A stretch of DNA of 63,765 nt, filler included, from 9 parts of 9 records of this genome joined end to end with filler, not necessarily neighbours in it; one strand, 5' to 3'; counted from the first letter of the whole stretch, positions 27,035 to 36,116 are shown. Notes: generated by a model from the sequence alone, not told the origin. Numbers and translations: made by a program.

Positions 27035-28666
27035 ATCAACTCTCAAAGACTCAAAACGAAGTACCTGGATATCCATCCCATAGTCTTCTTTTGTTCCGCC
27101 ATCGCCATCATCGGCTTCGTCGTCCTTTCCGTATTCTTCAACAGCACAATCGGCGATTTCTTCCCGGCCCTGCTCAACGGTATATCAACCAATACGGGCT
27201 GGTTTTTCACCCTGATCATCAATATCGTCCTGCCCTTTATCCTCTATCTGATGTTCAGTCAGTACGGCAACATCAGGCTGGGGGGAGACGACGCGGAACC
27301 CGATTTCAGCACCCTCAGCTGGTTCTCCATGCTTTTTTCCGCGGGAATCGGTATAGGCCTTCTTTTCTACGGCGTGGCCGAGCCCATGTTCCATTACCTC
27401 TACCGCCCCATCCCCTCGGACAGTCCCGCCGAGGCTGCCCGGGTCGCCATGCAGTTCACCTTCATGCACTGGGGGCTCCAGCCCTGGGCCATCTACGCCC
27501 TGGTTTCCCTGGCCCTGGCCTTCTTCAGCTTCAATAAGAACCAGCCCCTTTCCATCCGCTCCATCTTCTATCCCCTTCTGGGAGACAGGATCTACGGCTT
27601 GTGGGGAAATGTGATCGATATCCTGGCCACGGTGGCCACCCTTTTCGGCGTCGCCACCTCCCTGGGATACGGGGTGCAGCAGATCAACGCCGGCCTGAAT
27701 CATCTTTTCGGCCTGGAGCAGAGCGCCGTGGTTCAGCTGGTTCTGATCGCCGGCATTACGGCCATTGCCACCGTATCGGTTGTGAAGGGTCTGGACGCGG
27801 GCATCCGCAAGCTCTCGGAACTGAATATCTGGCTGGCGGCCCTGCTGCTCCTTTTCGTTTTCGTCTGCGGGCCGACCCTCTTCATCCTGAACGGCTTCCT
27901 GGAAAATATCGGGGCCTATCTGCAGGACCTGCCCCGGCTCTCTACCTGGAACGAAACCCTGGAGAACACACACTGGCAGAACGGCTGGACCGTATTCTAC
28001 TGGGCCTGGTGGGTGTCCTGGTCTCCCTTTGTGGGGATGTTTATCGCACGCATATCACGGGGAAGAACCATAAGGGAATTCCTGATGGGCGTCCTGACCG
28101 TTCCCACGCTGGTCACCTTCCTCTGGCTGACCGTATTCGGCAACTCCGCCATCTACCTGGAGCTCTTCAAAGACCTGAACTTTGCCGAAAAAGTCACCGC
28201 CGATATCCCCCTGTCACTCTTCCTGTTGCTGGAGAATCTCCCCCTGGCCCAGGTGACGCCCATTCTGGGAGTTCTGGTCATCATTAGCTTCTTCGTCACC
28301 TCCTCCGACTCGGGCTCCATGGTCATCGATATCATCACCGCCGGCGGGAATCCCGACCCTCCCGTTCCCCAGCGTCTGTTCTGGGCGATCCTCGAGGGGG
28401 TCGTAGCGGGGGCGCTGCTCCTCAGCGGAGGCCTTCAGGCCCTTCAGTCCGCCGTCGTAGCCACGGGCCTTCCCTTCGGCGTGGTGCTCATCATCCTCTG
28501 CTTCAGCCTGAAGAAGGGACTGAACGAGTACACGGGAGCCCAGACCTTCAGCCTGAAACAGGGCAAAACCAAGGCCCGGCGCTTTGAGATCGGCAGCGCC
28601 GAAGTTCCACAGGTCGTCTTCGCCAAAAAGAAGAGGAACAGAAAACCGGAGGCGGAAGATGTATAG
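27035..28666 (+). CDS. BCCT family (betaine/choline/carnitine) transporter with a probable ATC start
   Basis: WFSMLFSAGIGIGL, HWGLQPW, WTVFYWAWW and TSSDS. The frame is open upstream of ATG 27251 and encodes the missing N-terminal TMs (YLDIHPIVFF...GWFF). Confidence 0.9.
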   Translation: MNSQRLKTKYLDIHPIVFFCSAIAIIGFVVLSVFFNSTIGDFFPALLNGISTNTGWFFTLIINIVLPFILYLMFSQYGNIRLGGDDAEPDFSTLSWFSMLFSAGIGIGLLFYGVAEPMFHYLYRPIPSDSPAEAARVAMQFTFMHWGLQPWAIYALVSLALAFFSFNKNQPLSIRSIFYPLLGDRIYGLWGNVIDILATVATLFGVATSLGYGVQQINAGLNHLFGLEQSAVVQLVLIAGITAIATVSVVKGLDAGIRKLSELNIWLAALLLLFVFVCGPTLFILNGFLENIGAYLQDLPRLSTWNETLENTHWQNGWTVFYWAWWVSWSPFVGMFIARISRGRTIREFLMGVLTVPTLVTFLWLTVFGNSAIYLELFKDLNFAEKVTADIPLSLFLLLENLPLAQVTPILGVLVIISFFVTSSDSGSMVIDIITAGGNPDPPVPQRLFWAILEGVVAGALLLSGGLQALQSAVVATGLPFGVVLIILCFSLKKGLNEYTGAQTFSLKQGKTKARRFEIGSAEVPQVVFAKKKRNRKPEAEDV

Positions 28667-29345
28667 TTCCATTAGTCAGAAATTCTCGGGAGGCTGCTTC
28701 CTTCTGGTCAGGAAAAAGAAAGACACCATATTCTTTCTGGGAACAGCCTTTCTGGTCAACGACAACGGCTACCTCCTGACCGCAAGCCATCTGCTGGAGA
28801 GGGATCATGAAAACCTGATGGTGGCGCTGCCCCAGAAGCCAGATGAGTTCACCCCCCTTTCCCTGGAGAGTTTCCCGGCCCTTCCGGTTGAGGTAAAACA
28901 GGCCGACAGGGTACACAACACGGCGCTGCTGAAGCTGGTCCGTCCCCTGGGCATCGATACCCCCGACCATCTGCTCAGTTCCGGAGACTCTGTCTCCCTG
29001 GGTAACAGCGTCCTCTGCCTCGGATTCCCCTTCGGTCACCAGGACCTCTACAACCTGGCTGTGATGCGGGGGATCGTCAGCTCCAAGCTGCGCCACAAGA
29101 ACGGAACCAATCTGATTATGATAGACTCGGTGCTCCACGACGGCATGGCGGGAGGCCCTATGGTGAGCAGGGATGAGGAGCGTGTTATCGGCATCCTGAC
29201 GGGCCGCTTCTCCCCGGACGAAGACGACGAAGAGTATCTGGCCGAGGGGCCGTCGCTCCCCGACTTCGAAACCAATTTCAGCTACGGGGTTTCCATCGAG
29301 TACGGCCTGTCCCTGCTTGAAAAAGAGGATCAGGAGATTATCTGA
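28659..29345 (+). CDS. Trypsin-like peptidase domain protein with a degenerate catalytic triad
   Basis: GTAFLV...YLLTASH, LGFPFG and GIVS are HtrA-like, but NTALLK replaces DxALLK and GMAGGP replaces GNSGGP. Confidence 0.82.
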   Translation: MYSSISQKFSGGCFLLVRKKKDTIFFLGTAFLVNDNGYLLTASHLLERDHENLMVALPQKPDEFTPLSLESFPALPVEVKQADRVHNTALLKLVRPLGIDTPDHLLSSGDSVSLGNSVLCLGFPFGHQDLYNLAVMRGIVSSKLRHKNGTNLIMIDSVLHDGMAGGPMVSRDEERVIGILTGRFSPDEDDEEYLAEGPSLPDFETNFSYGVSIEYGLSLLEKEDQEII

Positions 29346-29379
29346 AATAATACATTGACCGGGTAAAGATCGAAGCCTA

Positions 29380-29871
29380 TCAGGCCATGCCGTAGGGCAG
29401 ATGGGGCGTCATCATCCTCTTGGCCGCCAGCTCCACCGCGTCCACGATAGTCTGATAACCGGTGCAGCGGCACAGATTGCCCCTCATGGCCTTTCGAATG
29501 GCCTCCCTGTCGGGTTCGGGATTCTTGTGCAGCAGGTCCAGGGCCTGCATGATCATGCCCGGCGTACAGAAACCGCATTGCACCGCTCCCGCATCGATAA
29601 AGGCCTGCTGCAGGGGATGGAGGGATCCGTCCTCCCGGGCCAGGCCCTCGATGGTAAGGACCTCTCCCTCCAGAACCTTCTTCACAGGGGTACGGCAGGA
29701 GCGGACGGCCTTGTGATTGACCAGCACCGTACAGGCGCCGCAGGTCCCTTCCCCGCATCCGTTCTTGACCCCTGTCAGCTTCAGTTCCTGACGCAGATAG
29801 TTCAGGAGAGTCATCTGTTCCTGTGCGGGTGTCAGTTCATATTCTATTCCATTAACGGTGACGCGGCTCAT
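29380..29871 (-). CDS. (2Fe-2S)-binding small subunit, CoxS/XdhC family
   Basis: [18 protein letters not shown] and GNLCRCTGY. Confidence 0.92.
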   Translation of the reverse strand: MSRVTVNGIEYELTPAQEQMTLLNYLRQELKLTGVKNGCGEGTCGACTVLVNHKAVRSCRTPVKKVLEGEVLTIEGLAREDGSLHPLQQAFIDAGAVQCGFCTPGMIMQALDLLHKNPEPDREAIRKAMRGNLCRCTGYQTIVDAVELAAKRMMTPHLPYGMA

Positions 29872-31368
29872 TCCGGCTTCTCCTTTCGGGCGGTTTTCTT
29901 ATCGCTGGTCTTCCGATCCACCCCTTCCGTCTCTTTCAGTAGGCTCAGGTCCATGGGAAGGGAGGTGAAGCGCCGTCCCGTGGCGGCGTACAGGGCGTTG
30001 GCGATGGCCGGAGCGATGATCTCCAGGGCCGGTTCGCCGATCCCCTTCGTCCCCGTAGGCGACAGGGGATCGAAGTTCTCTATGATATGGGTCTCCATCT
30101 CGGGGACATCGGTCATCCTGGGAATCTTGTATTTCGAGAAGTTCAGAGAGAGGGCCCGCCCCTCTTCGTCGGTCAGGAACTTCTCGCTCAGGGCCATGCC
30201 CAGCCCCTGAACCACGCCGCCGTGAATCTGCCCCCTGACCAGGGGAGGGTTCACGGCCTTGCCTATATCATGGGAGGCCACGATGTTCAGAAGCCTGCAG
30301 CTTCCCTTGACCGGATCCACCTCCAGCTCCACCGCCTGGGAGCTGTAGACATAGGAGAAGTAGGCGTCTCCGTGTCCGTTCTCTTCATTCCAGGTCACCG
30401 GCGGCGCCTGAAAGCTGCCGAAGGCAAAGGGATACTCCCGGGCGAAGAACATCTTCTTCCCCGCCTCCTCCCAGCTCATGGACCTGTACGCCGTGCCGTA
30501 GATCCTCCCGTCCCGGAACTCTATCTGCTCCGGCTTCTCCGCGAGGTCGGGCTGGAGCACCCGGGACATGATGGACTTGAGCTTGTCGGCGGCATCCTTC
30601 AGGGCGCCCCCGCCCATCATGGTCCCCCGGGAGGCCACAGTGGTTCCCCCGTCGGGTATGGTGGCGGTGGAAGACTGCTGGTAGTGGATCTTCTCAACGG
30701 GAACCCCCAGCATCTCGGCGGCCATCATCATCATCGCCGCCGTGGAGCCCTGGCCGTTCTCAAAGACAGCCGTATCCACCAGGATAGAGCCGTCGAACTG
30801 CACATGAATGGTGGCGCAGCAGAAATCCATGCCCTCGGCCCCCAGGCTGCATCCCCTGTAGGAGGAGGCCATTCCGATGCCGTACAGCTTGCCCCCTTCC
30901 GGGGCCTTGCCGAAGGAGCTCTTCATCCTTTTCTCTTCGTATCCTATGGACGAGGCGGTCTTCTCCATAACCTCGACCAGACTGACCGTATGATCGTCCA
31001 GCTTCTGGCCCGTCACGGTCTCGCTGTCCTGTTTCACCGCGTTGATCCTGCGGATCTCCAGGGGGGAGATCCCCAGTTTATGGGCGGCCATATCCATGAT
31101 CTGCTCGAAGGCGAAGTTGGTCTGGGGCGAACCGAAGCCCCGCATAGCGCCGGAGAAAATGTTGTTCGTCGCCACGCCGTAAACGTCCGCCCGTATGTCC
31201 TTCAGCACATAGGGGCCGATGTTCTGGGCTGTGGAACGCCAGGTTGACCAGGGGGTGGTAGAGGTATAGGCCCCCGAATCGGCCAGGGTTCTGCTGATAA
31301 CCGAAACAAGACGCCCATCCTTCCGGAATCCGGCCTTGTACCACATCTTATAGGGATTCCGTTTGTAG
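29868..31368 (-). CDS. Xanthine dehydrogenase-family molybdopterin-binding subunit (5' truncated)
   Basis: GAMRGFGSPQ, GQG, TVASRG, GQIHGG and KGIGEP. Confidence 0.92.
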
Positions 31369-31468
31369 NNNNNNNNNNNNNNNNNNNNNNNNNNNNNNNN
31401 NNNNNNNNNNNNTTAATTAATTAANNNNNNNNNNNNNNNNNNNNNNNNNNNNNNNNNNNNNNNNNNNN
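31369..31468. other. Artificial contig spacer
   Basis: N44-TTAATTAATTAA-N44. Confidence 0.99.
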
Positions 31469-31469
31469 G

Positions 31470-33422
31470 CTGGAGGTTGAAGGAGGGGTAATTGGGGTCC
31501 TCAAGGTCGAAACTAAAATGCGCAAAATTGAGCCCGGCGGGGATGAAGAGTTTACCTACTTTAGCGACCAGGATGAACTTGTATTTGATTTGATTGCGAG
31601 ATGTGTGGCAATTGCCATCGAAAACTCCCGTTTGCTTGAATCCAAAAGGCTTTCTGAACAGATAAGCAAAAATCCGAACAACTTGCTGGTTGAGTTGCAC
31701 ACTTTTGTCAAGAGCCATTGGCAGGCCGAAAACACCCTGAAACAGGTGGCGGACCTGCTCAGGGGCAAACGCGACAACACCGCGACAATCATCGAAAACT
31801 ATGCCCGCTTGCTGGGAACTAATTTTTCAACCGACTCACTTAGGGCTATCCTCAACAATATTGGGCCGATGAAAGAATTGATGGCCGGCAGTGAAAAATT
31901 CTGCACACTCTACAACACTTTTGTTAATGCCATGACAGTACAGACGCCGGCTGACATATCCAGCTGCTGCTCAGCGAGTAACATACTGATGCTGAATGAT
32001 ATTGTGCGCGGTGGCGATGAGTATTTATACGAGGCCAGCACCTGCCTTAAAAACATCTATGATAGGATAGCTGCGATTTTCCGCAATGAGCCGTACCATG
32101 TGAACGAAACAACGCCTTATGCTGAGGCCATCGCCACTCTCAAGGATTCCCTCAATGTCGATTTGGAGGCTGTTTCCCAACCCGAAAGACAGATCATCAA
32201 ACGCATTCTCAAACATTGGTTGAAAGCTATTCAAAAGTCCCATCAGGCCTTTCGCAGGGTACAAAATCCCTATATTGCAGGACCGGCCATAAAGCCGATC
32301 AAGGGCGGACTTTTTTTCGGCCGAAGGGATATTTTTCAGTGGGTAGCGGAAACCATCATCAGCGGGGATCAAAAAAACATTCTACTGCTGCATGGCCAGA
32401 GACGAATGGGAAAGACCTCTATCCTATTGCAACTCAATGACGGTGAGATGGGAGCGCAACTGCGAAACAGGAAAGACAATCCCGTGCTCCCCGTATTCAT
32501 CGACCTGCAGGGTTGCGGGGATAATACCGCCACCTTCATTGCCTTCATCATATCCAGAACAGACCAGAAACTTCGAGATATGAAGTTTGTAAGCTACAAT
32601 ATTGATCCGCCAATTAAAGAAGAAATTGCGGCGTCTCCTTTTCAGACATTTAACGATTACATGGAAAGGGTCAATACCATCGTTAGCCCTAATTTGCTGG
32701 TATTGATGCTGGATGAATTCGAGCAAATCGATATTCTTGTAAAGAAAAAAAAGGTAGATACTGGAATCTATTCAACCCTGCGATTCCAAACCCATCTTTC
32801 AAATGTCACTTATATCCTTGCTGGCAGTCATTCGCTTGAAGAGTTGTCCGGAGAATATATTGAAAATTTCAACATTGCGCGTCACAAAGAGGTGGGGTTC
32901 ATGAACCACCGTGATGCCAACGATCTTATCAAGCAGCCTGTTCACGGCCAGGTCGTTTACGAGGAGATGGCCGCAAAGTACCTCGTCCGCATCACCAATG
33001 GTCATCCTTTTCTAATTCAGCAACTTTGCCACGGCATTATCGATGAGATGAACCGTCGTGGAGAAAGCAATTATATCACTTCCGGGAATGTGGATTTGGC
33101 CATAAAGCGTACTATAGAAGACAGTACCCATATCCATTTTTACGATACCTGGCGGCAATCAACAGAAAATGAATTAAAAATGATTAGGTATATCGCCAGC
33201 AATTTGAACAATCAATCAAAGGGAATGTCATGTACCACTCTTGAAGAGGAGTTGTTATTACCCACCGACGATGTTGATTCTACTTTAAAAAAGCTAAATA
33301 AACGCCACCTAATCTCGCACCTACCAACTGATGCGGCTACACCAGAACAACCCATGAAATATCAACCAACCATCCTCCTATTTTATCATTGGGTAAACCG
33401 GCATTTCCCGAATGCCAGATAA
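31470..33422 (+). CDS. GAF domain + STAND-type P-loop NTPase + winged-helix-like tail (5' truncated)
   Basis: The frame is open from the contig edge. VIGVLKVE...FSDQDELVFDLIARCVAIAIENSRL is a GAF end. NTPase motifs: NPYIAG...FFGR, Walker A GQRRMGKT, Walker B LMLDEFE, TNGHPFLIQ. Confidence 0.8.
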   Translation: MEVEGGVIGVLKVETKMRKIEPGGDEEFTYFSDQDELVFDLIARCVAIAIENSRLLESKRLSEQISKNPNNLLVELHTFVKSHWQAENTLKQVADLLRGKRDNTATIIENYARLLGTNFSTDSLRAILNNIGPMKELMAGSEKFCTLYNTFVNAMTVQTPADISSCCSASNILMLNDIVRGGDEYLYEASTCLKNIYDRIAAIFRNEPYHVNETTPYAEAIATLKDSLNVDLEAVSQPERQIIKRILKHWLKAIQKSHQAFRRVQNPYIAGPAIKPIKGGLFFGRRDIFQWVAETIISGDQKNILLLHGQRRMGKTSILLQLNDGEMGAQLRNRKDNPVLPVFIDLQGCGDNTATFIAFIISRTDQKLRDMKFVSYNIDPPIKEEIAASPFQTFNDYMERVNTIVSPNLLVLMLDEFEQIDILVKKKKVDTGIYSTLRFQTHLSNVTYILAGSHSLEELSGEYIENFNIARHKEVGFMNHRDANDLIKQPVHGQVVYEEMAAKYLVRITNGHPFLIQQLCHGIIDEMNRRGESNYITSGNVDLAIKRTIEDSTHIHFYDTWRQSTENELKMIRYIASNLNNQSKGMSCTTLEEELLLPTDDVDSTLKKLNKRHLISHLPTDAATPEQPMKYQPTILLFYHWVNRHFPNAR

Positions 33423-33434
33423 GGGGGCACTATA

Positions 33435-34817
33435 TTGCGTTTATTCATGACCATAATATATATTTTTCTACTATATATTTTTATCACCGGCCAAACACCG
33501 ATCCCTTCTACTACTACTGGCACTCCTGTGGTCACGGACCTTATTAAAGAGTATTTTGCCCTGATTACTGCTTTACTGGCGATTGTCAGTACAATTTTGG
33601 GCTTTATATATCAACGGCGTAATTTTAAGATAGAATCAGAAAAACAAAAGCTGGAAATAGAGAAACTAAAGCTGGAATTAGAAAAACTAAAAAAGCAGTT
33701 TGTACCCCAAATTGTAACTCTTCTAAACTGGTTAAAAAAAACGAAACAACATCCAGATTTACTTACAGCTCAGGTCGGTATCAAAAGTCCCTATATTTTA
33801 GGCCCACCAATTATCCATCCTCAAAATTTTCATGGCAGACACTCTGAAGCCGGAACTATTCTAACCCTTTGCACAGATGGCGACCAGTTACAGTCGGTGT
33901 CTATTGTAGGCGCGCCCAAGTCTGGTAAGACATCACTGTTAAACTATATTAAACACCCCAACACCTTAGGAGAATATAATCTTGCCAAAATCATACCCGT
34001 TTATTTAAATTTACAAGCTGAGCTTAAAAATCCAAGTGATTTTTATACCTATTTATTAAAGGAAACGGCCAAGGCCATTGAAAAATACGGCATAGCAACT
34101 GAACCCATCCCCTATCTGTCACAGGGTTTAGGAGTTGCTGATGCAAAGGCTTTTTTCGAAAATGCTACGAATCAATTTAGTTTCTTAATAATATTAGATA
34201 AATTCGAAAAAATAATAAAAAAGCAAAATTTTGAAGATACTTTTTTTGATAATTTGCGATCACTTTCCACCGAACTAGATATTGGTTGGATAACGACTTC
34301 CTATTGTCCTTTAGCTAAATTATTTGACGACGGAATATTATCCCCCTTTCAAAACGTCATTTTTAAAAATATTATCCTCGGCCCACTTTCCGAAAAAGAT
34401 GCTAGTGAATTAATTAAAAATCCAACTATTAAATGCGAGCATCAATTTTCTGAGAAAGATGTGGAGTATATTCTCAAGCTCGACAGATTAATGCCATTTG
34501 AAATTCAAGTTGCCTCATACGCCTTACATAAAGCCAAAAATGAAAATCCAAGAGATTCTGAAGTCTACAAAATAAATGCCCGCCAGGAATACAAAAGAAT
34601 AATGGAAAATCATTACCAACGCTGCTGGAGAAAACTGGATCCCAATGATCAAGCGATTCTTACATCCATAGCCAACGATAAATCCAACATAATGGGCAAG
34701 CGCAAACCGACAGTCATGGAATTAGTCAATTACGGCTATATCAAGAAAGAAAGAGATACATACCATATAGCAGGTGCTGTCTTTAAGAATTGGATTATAG
34801 AAAATCATTGTCGATAG
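33435..34817 (+). CDS. Membrane-anchored coiled-coil + STAND-type NTPase
   Basis: Signal-like and TM segments, KLEIEKL heptads, SPYILG...FHGR, GAPKSGKT, altered Walker B IILDKFE, LGPLSE and MPFEIQ. Start is TTG 33435 or ATG 33447. Confidence 0.78.
   Translation: MRLFMTIIYIFLLYIFITGQTPIPSTTTGTPVVTDLIKEYFALITALLAIVSTILGFIYQRRNFKIESEKQKLEIEKLKLELEKLKKQFVPQIVTLLNWLKKTKQHPDLLTAQVGIKSPYILGPPIIHPQNFHGRHSEAGTILTLCTDGDQLQSVSIVGAPKSGKTSLLNYIKHPNTLGEYNLAKIIPVYLNLQAELKNPSDFYTYLLKETAKAIEKYGIATEPIPYLSQGLGVADAKAFFENATNQFSFLIILDKFEKIIKKQNFEDTFFDNLRSLSTELDIGWITTSYCPLAKLFDDGILSPFQNVIFKNIILGPLSEKDASELIKNPTIKCEHQFSEKDVEYILKLDRLMPFEIQVASYALHKAKNENPRDSEVYKINARQEYKRIMENHYQRCWRKLDPNDQAILTSIANDKSNIMGKRKPTVMELVNYGYIKKERDTYHIAGAVFKNWIIENHCR
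33647..33688 (+). repeat. 2 x 21-bp coding tandem repeat (heptad duplication)
   Basis: AAAGCTGGAAATAGAGAAACT / AAAGCTGGAATTAGAAAAACT, 19/21 identical. Confidence 0.75.
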
Positions 34818-34942
34818 CCCCTAACAACTACAAAACTTGTGCACTGCTGATGAATAAAATCGATCTTCCGGTAGAGAGTGGACATGGTGATTCCTTCCAC
34901 TTCGCAGATACGACGGAAAGGCATCTTGTTGACGAGAAGACG
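34805..34942 (-). pseudogene. HTH-containing gene fragment truncated by the HUH element
   Basis: Reads RLLVNKMPFRRICEVEGITMSTLYRKIDFIHQQC, a helix-turn-helix-like segment, and begins exactly at the element's left edge. Confidence 0.4.
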
Positions 34943-34963
34943 GGGGCTATAAGGGGGCTATAA

Positions 34964-34987
34964 GGGACATCCATTAATATATAAGTT
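34964..34987 (+). repeat. Left 24-bp inverted repeat GGGACATCCATTAATATATAAGTT
   Basis: Exact reverse complement of 36033-36056. Confidence 0.95.
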
Positions 34988-35014
34988 GACAAGCCATACC
35001 GCTCTTTCTACACT
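34986..35014 (+). promoter_or_regulatory. sigma70 promoter of the transposase (leaderless)
   Basis: TTGACA-N17-TACACT with ATG 6 nt downstream; the -35 box overlaps the inner end of the left repeat. Confidence 0.7.
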
Positions 35015-35020
35015 TATTTC

Positions 35021-36034
35021 ATGCCACGCCAATCCCGCATAGACGCGCCGGGTGCTTTGCACCACATAATCATCCGTGGTATCGAGAGAAAACCCATTTT
35101 CAAGGACGATGAGGATCGGGATGCATTTCTCGAAAGAATTGAAAGGATCTTCACGGAATCCGCCACGCCCTGCTTTGCCTGGGCGTTGATGACCAATCAT
35201 GTCCATTTGTTAACCCAAACTGCAGATATCCCCCTCGCGGCCCTGATGCGTCGCCTGCTTACCGGGTACGCCATGGCCTTTAATCGAAGACACAGAAGAC
35301 ACGGCCAGCTATTCCAGAATCGGTACAAATCAATTCTTTGCCAGGAGGAAACTTACCTGCTTGAATTGACCCGTTACATCCATCTCAATCCGCTACGCGC
35401 AGGCATTGTTACGACTCTCAGCACATTGGATACGTATCCGTATACCGGACACAGTACAATCATGGGGCATAGTAGGGCGGAATGGCAAAACGATGCCAAA
35501 ATTTTGTCATTGTTTGCCAAGACCAGAAAAATGGCACGGCGGAAATACCGGGATTTTGTTGAAAAGGGGATTAACTTTGGTCGCAGGCCAGAGTTGGTTG
35601 GCGGCGGACTGATTCGCAGCCTGGGAGGTTGGAAAAAGGCGAAAATTCTTCTGAAAGGGCAGGAGAGAGTTAAAGGAGACGAACGAATTTTAGGAGACAC
35701 CGAGTTTGTCCAACAGGTTCTGGACCACTGCAATGAGGCATACTCCCGACGGCAGAGATATAACGCTCAAGGTCTGAATCTAACTTCTTTGTCTCAAAAG
35801 GTGGCCGACTATTTTGGCCTGCCGGCCAAACAACTGCTCGCTCCCGGCCGATATCCTGCCGTGGTAAAGGCCCGTAGCGTATTGTGTTATCTGGCTGTCA
35901 GGGAACTCGGCATTACGGGTACCGAGCTGGCTCGCAAGATTGGGGTCACCCAGCCTGCAGTCAGCTTGTCGGTAAAACGGGGTGCTGAAATAGTCGCCGA
36001 AAGAAAGCTCCGGATCGACGATTTCATCAATTAA
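35021..36034 (+). CDS. REP-associated tyrosine transposase-like protein (Y1_Tnp + C-terminal DnaA_C-like HTH)
   Basis: MPRQSR, HHIIIRG, MTNHVHLL (HUH), FNRRHRRHGQLFQNRY, YIHLNPLRAG; C-terminal ARSVLCYLA...ELARKIGVTQPAVS. Confidence 0.92.
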   Translation: MPRQSRIDAPGALHHIIIRGIERKPIFKDDEDRDAFLERIERIFTESATPCFAWALMTNHVHLLTQTADIPLAALMRRLLTGYAMAFNRRHRRHGQLFQNRYKSILCQEETYLLELTRYIHLNPLRAGIVTTLSTLDTYPYTGHSTIMGHSRAEWQNDAKILSLFAKTRKMARRKYRDFVEKGINFGRRPELVGGGLIRSLGGWKKAKILLKGQERVKGDERILGDTEFVQQVLDHCNEAYSRRQRYNAQGLNLTSLSQKVADYFGLPAKQLLAPGRYPAVVKARSVLCYLAVRELGITGTELARKIGVTQPAVSLSVKRGAEIVAERKLRIDDFIN

Positions 36035-36056
36035 CTTATATATTAATGGATGTCCC
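36033..36056 (-). repeat. Right 24-bp inverted repeat
   Basis: AACTTATATATTAATGGATGTCCC; overlaps the transposase stop codon. Confidence 0.95.
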
Positions 36057-36116
36057 CATAATTCCCCAGACCGGGAACTGGTCGACAGTTTGAATCCAAA
36101 TTCTTAGGAGGTTGTT

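Larger units (their letters stand above)
34942..36067 (+). mobile_element. HUH (Y1/RAYT-type) transposase element bounded by subterminal inverted repeats
   Basis: Perfect 24-bp inverted repeats tightly bracket the transposase gene, with GGGG-rich short duplications outside each. Confidence 0.75.

Noticed and set aside
27013-27537. 174-aa ORF suggesting a frameshifted BCCT start
   Set aside because: The BCCT frame is itself open from 27017 and has an ATC with a well-spaced Shine-Dalgarno, so no frameshift is needed.
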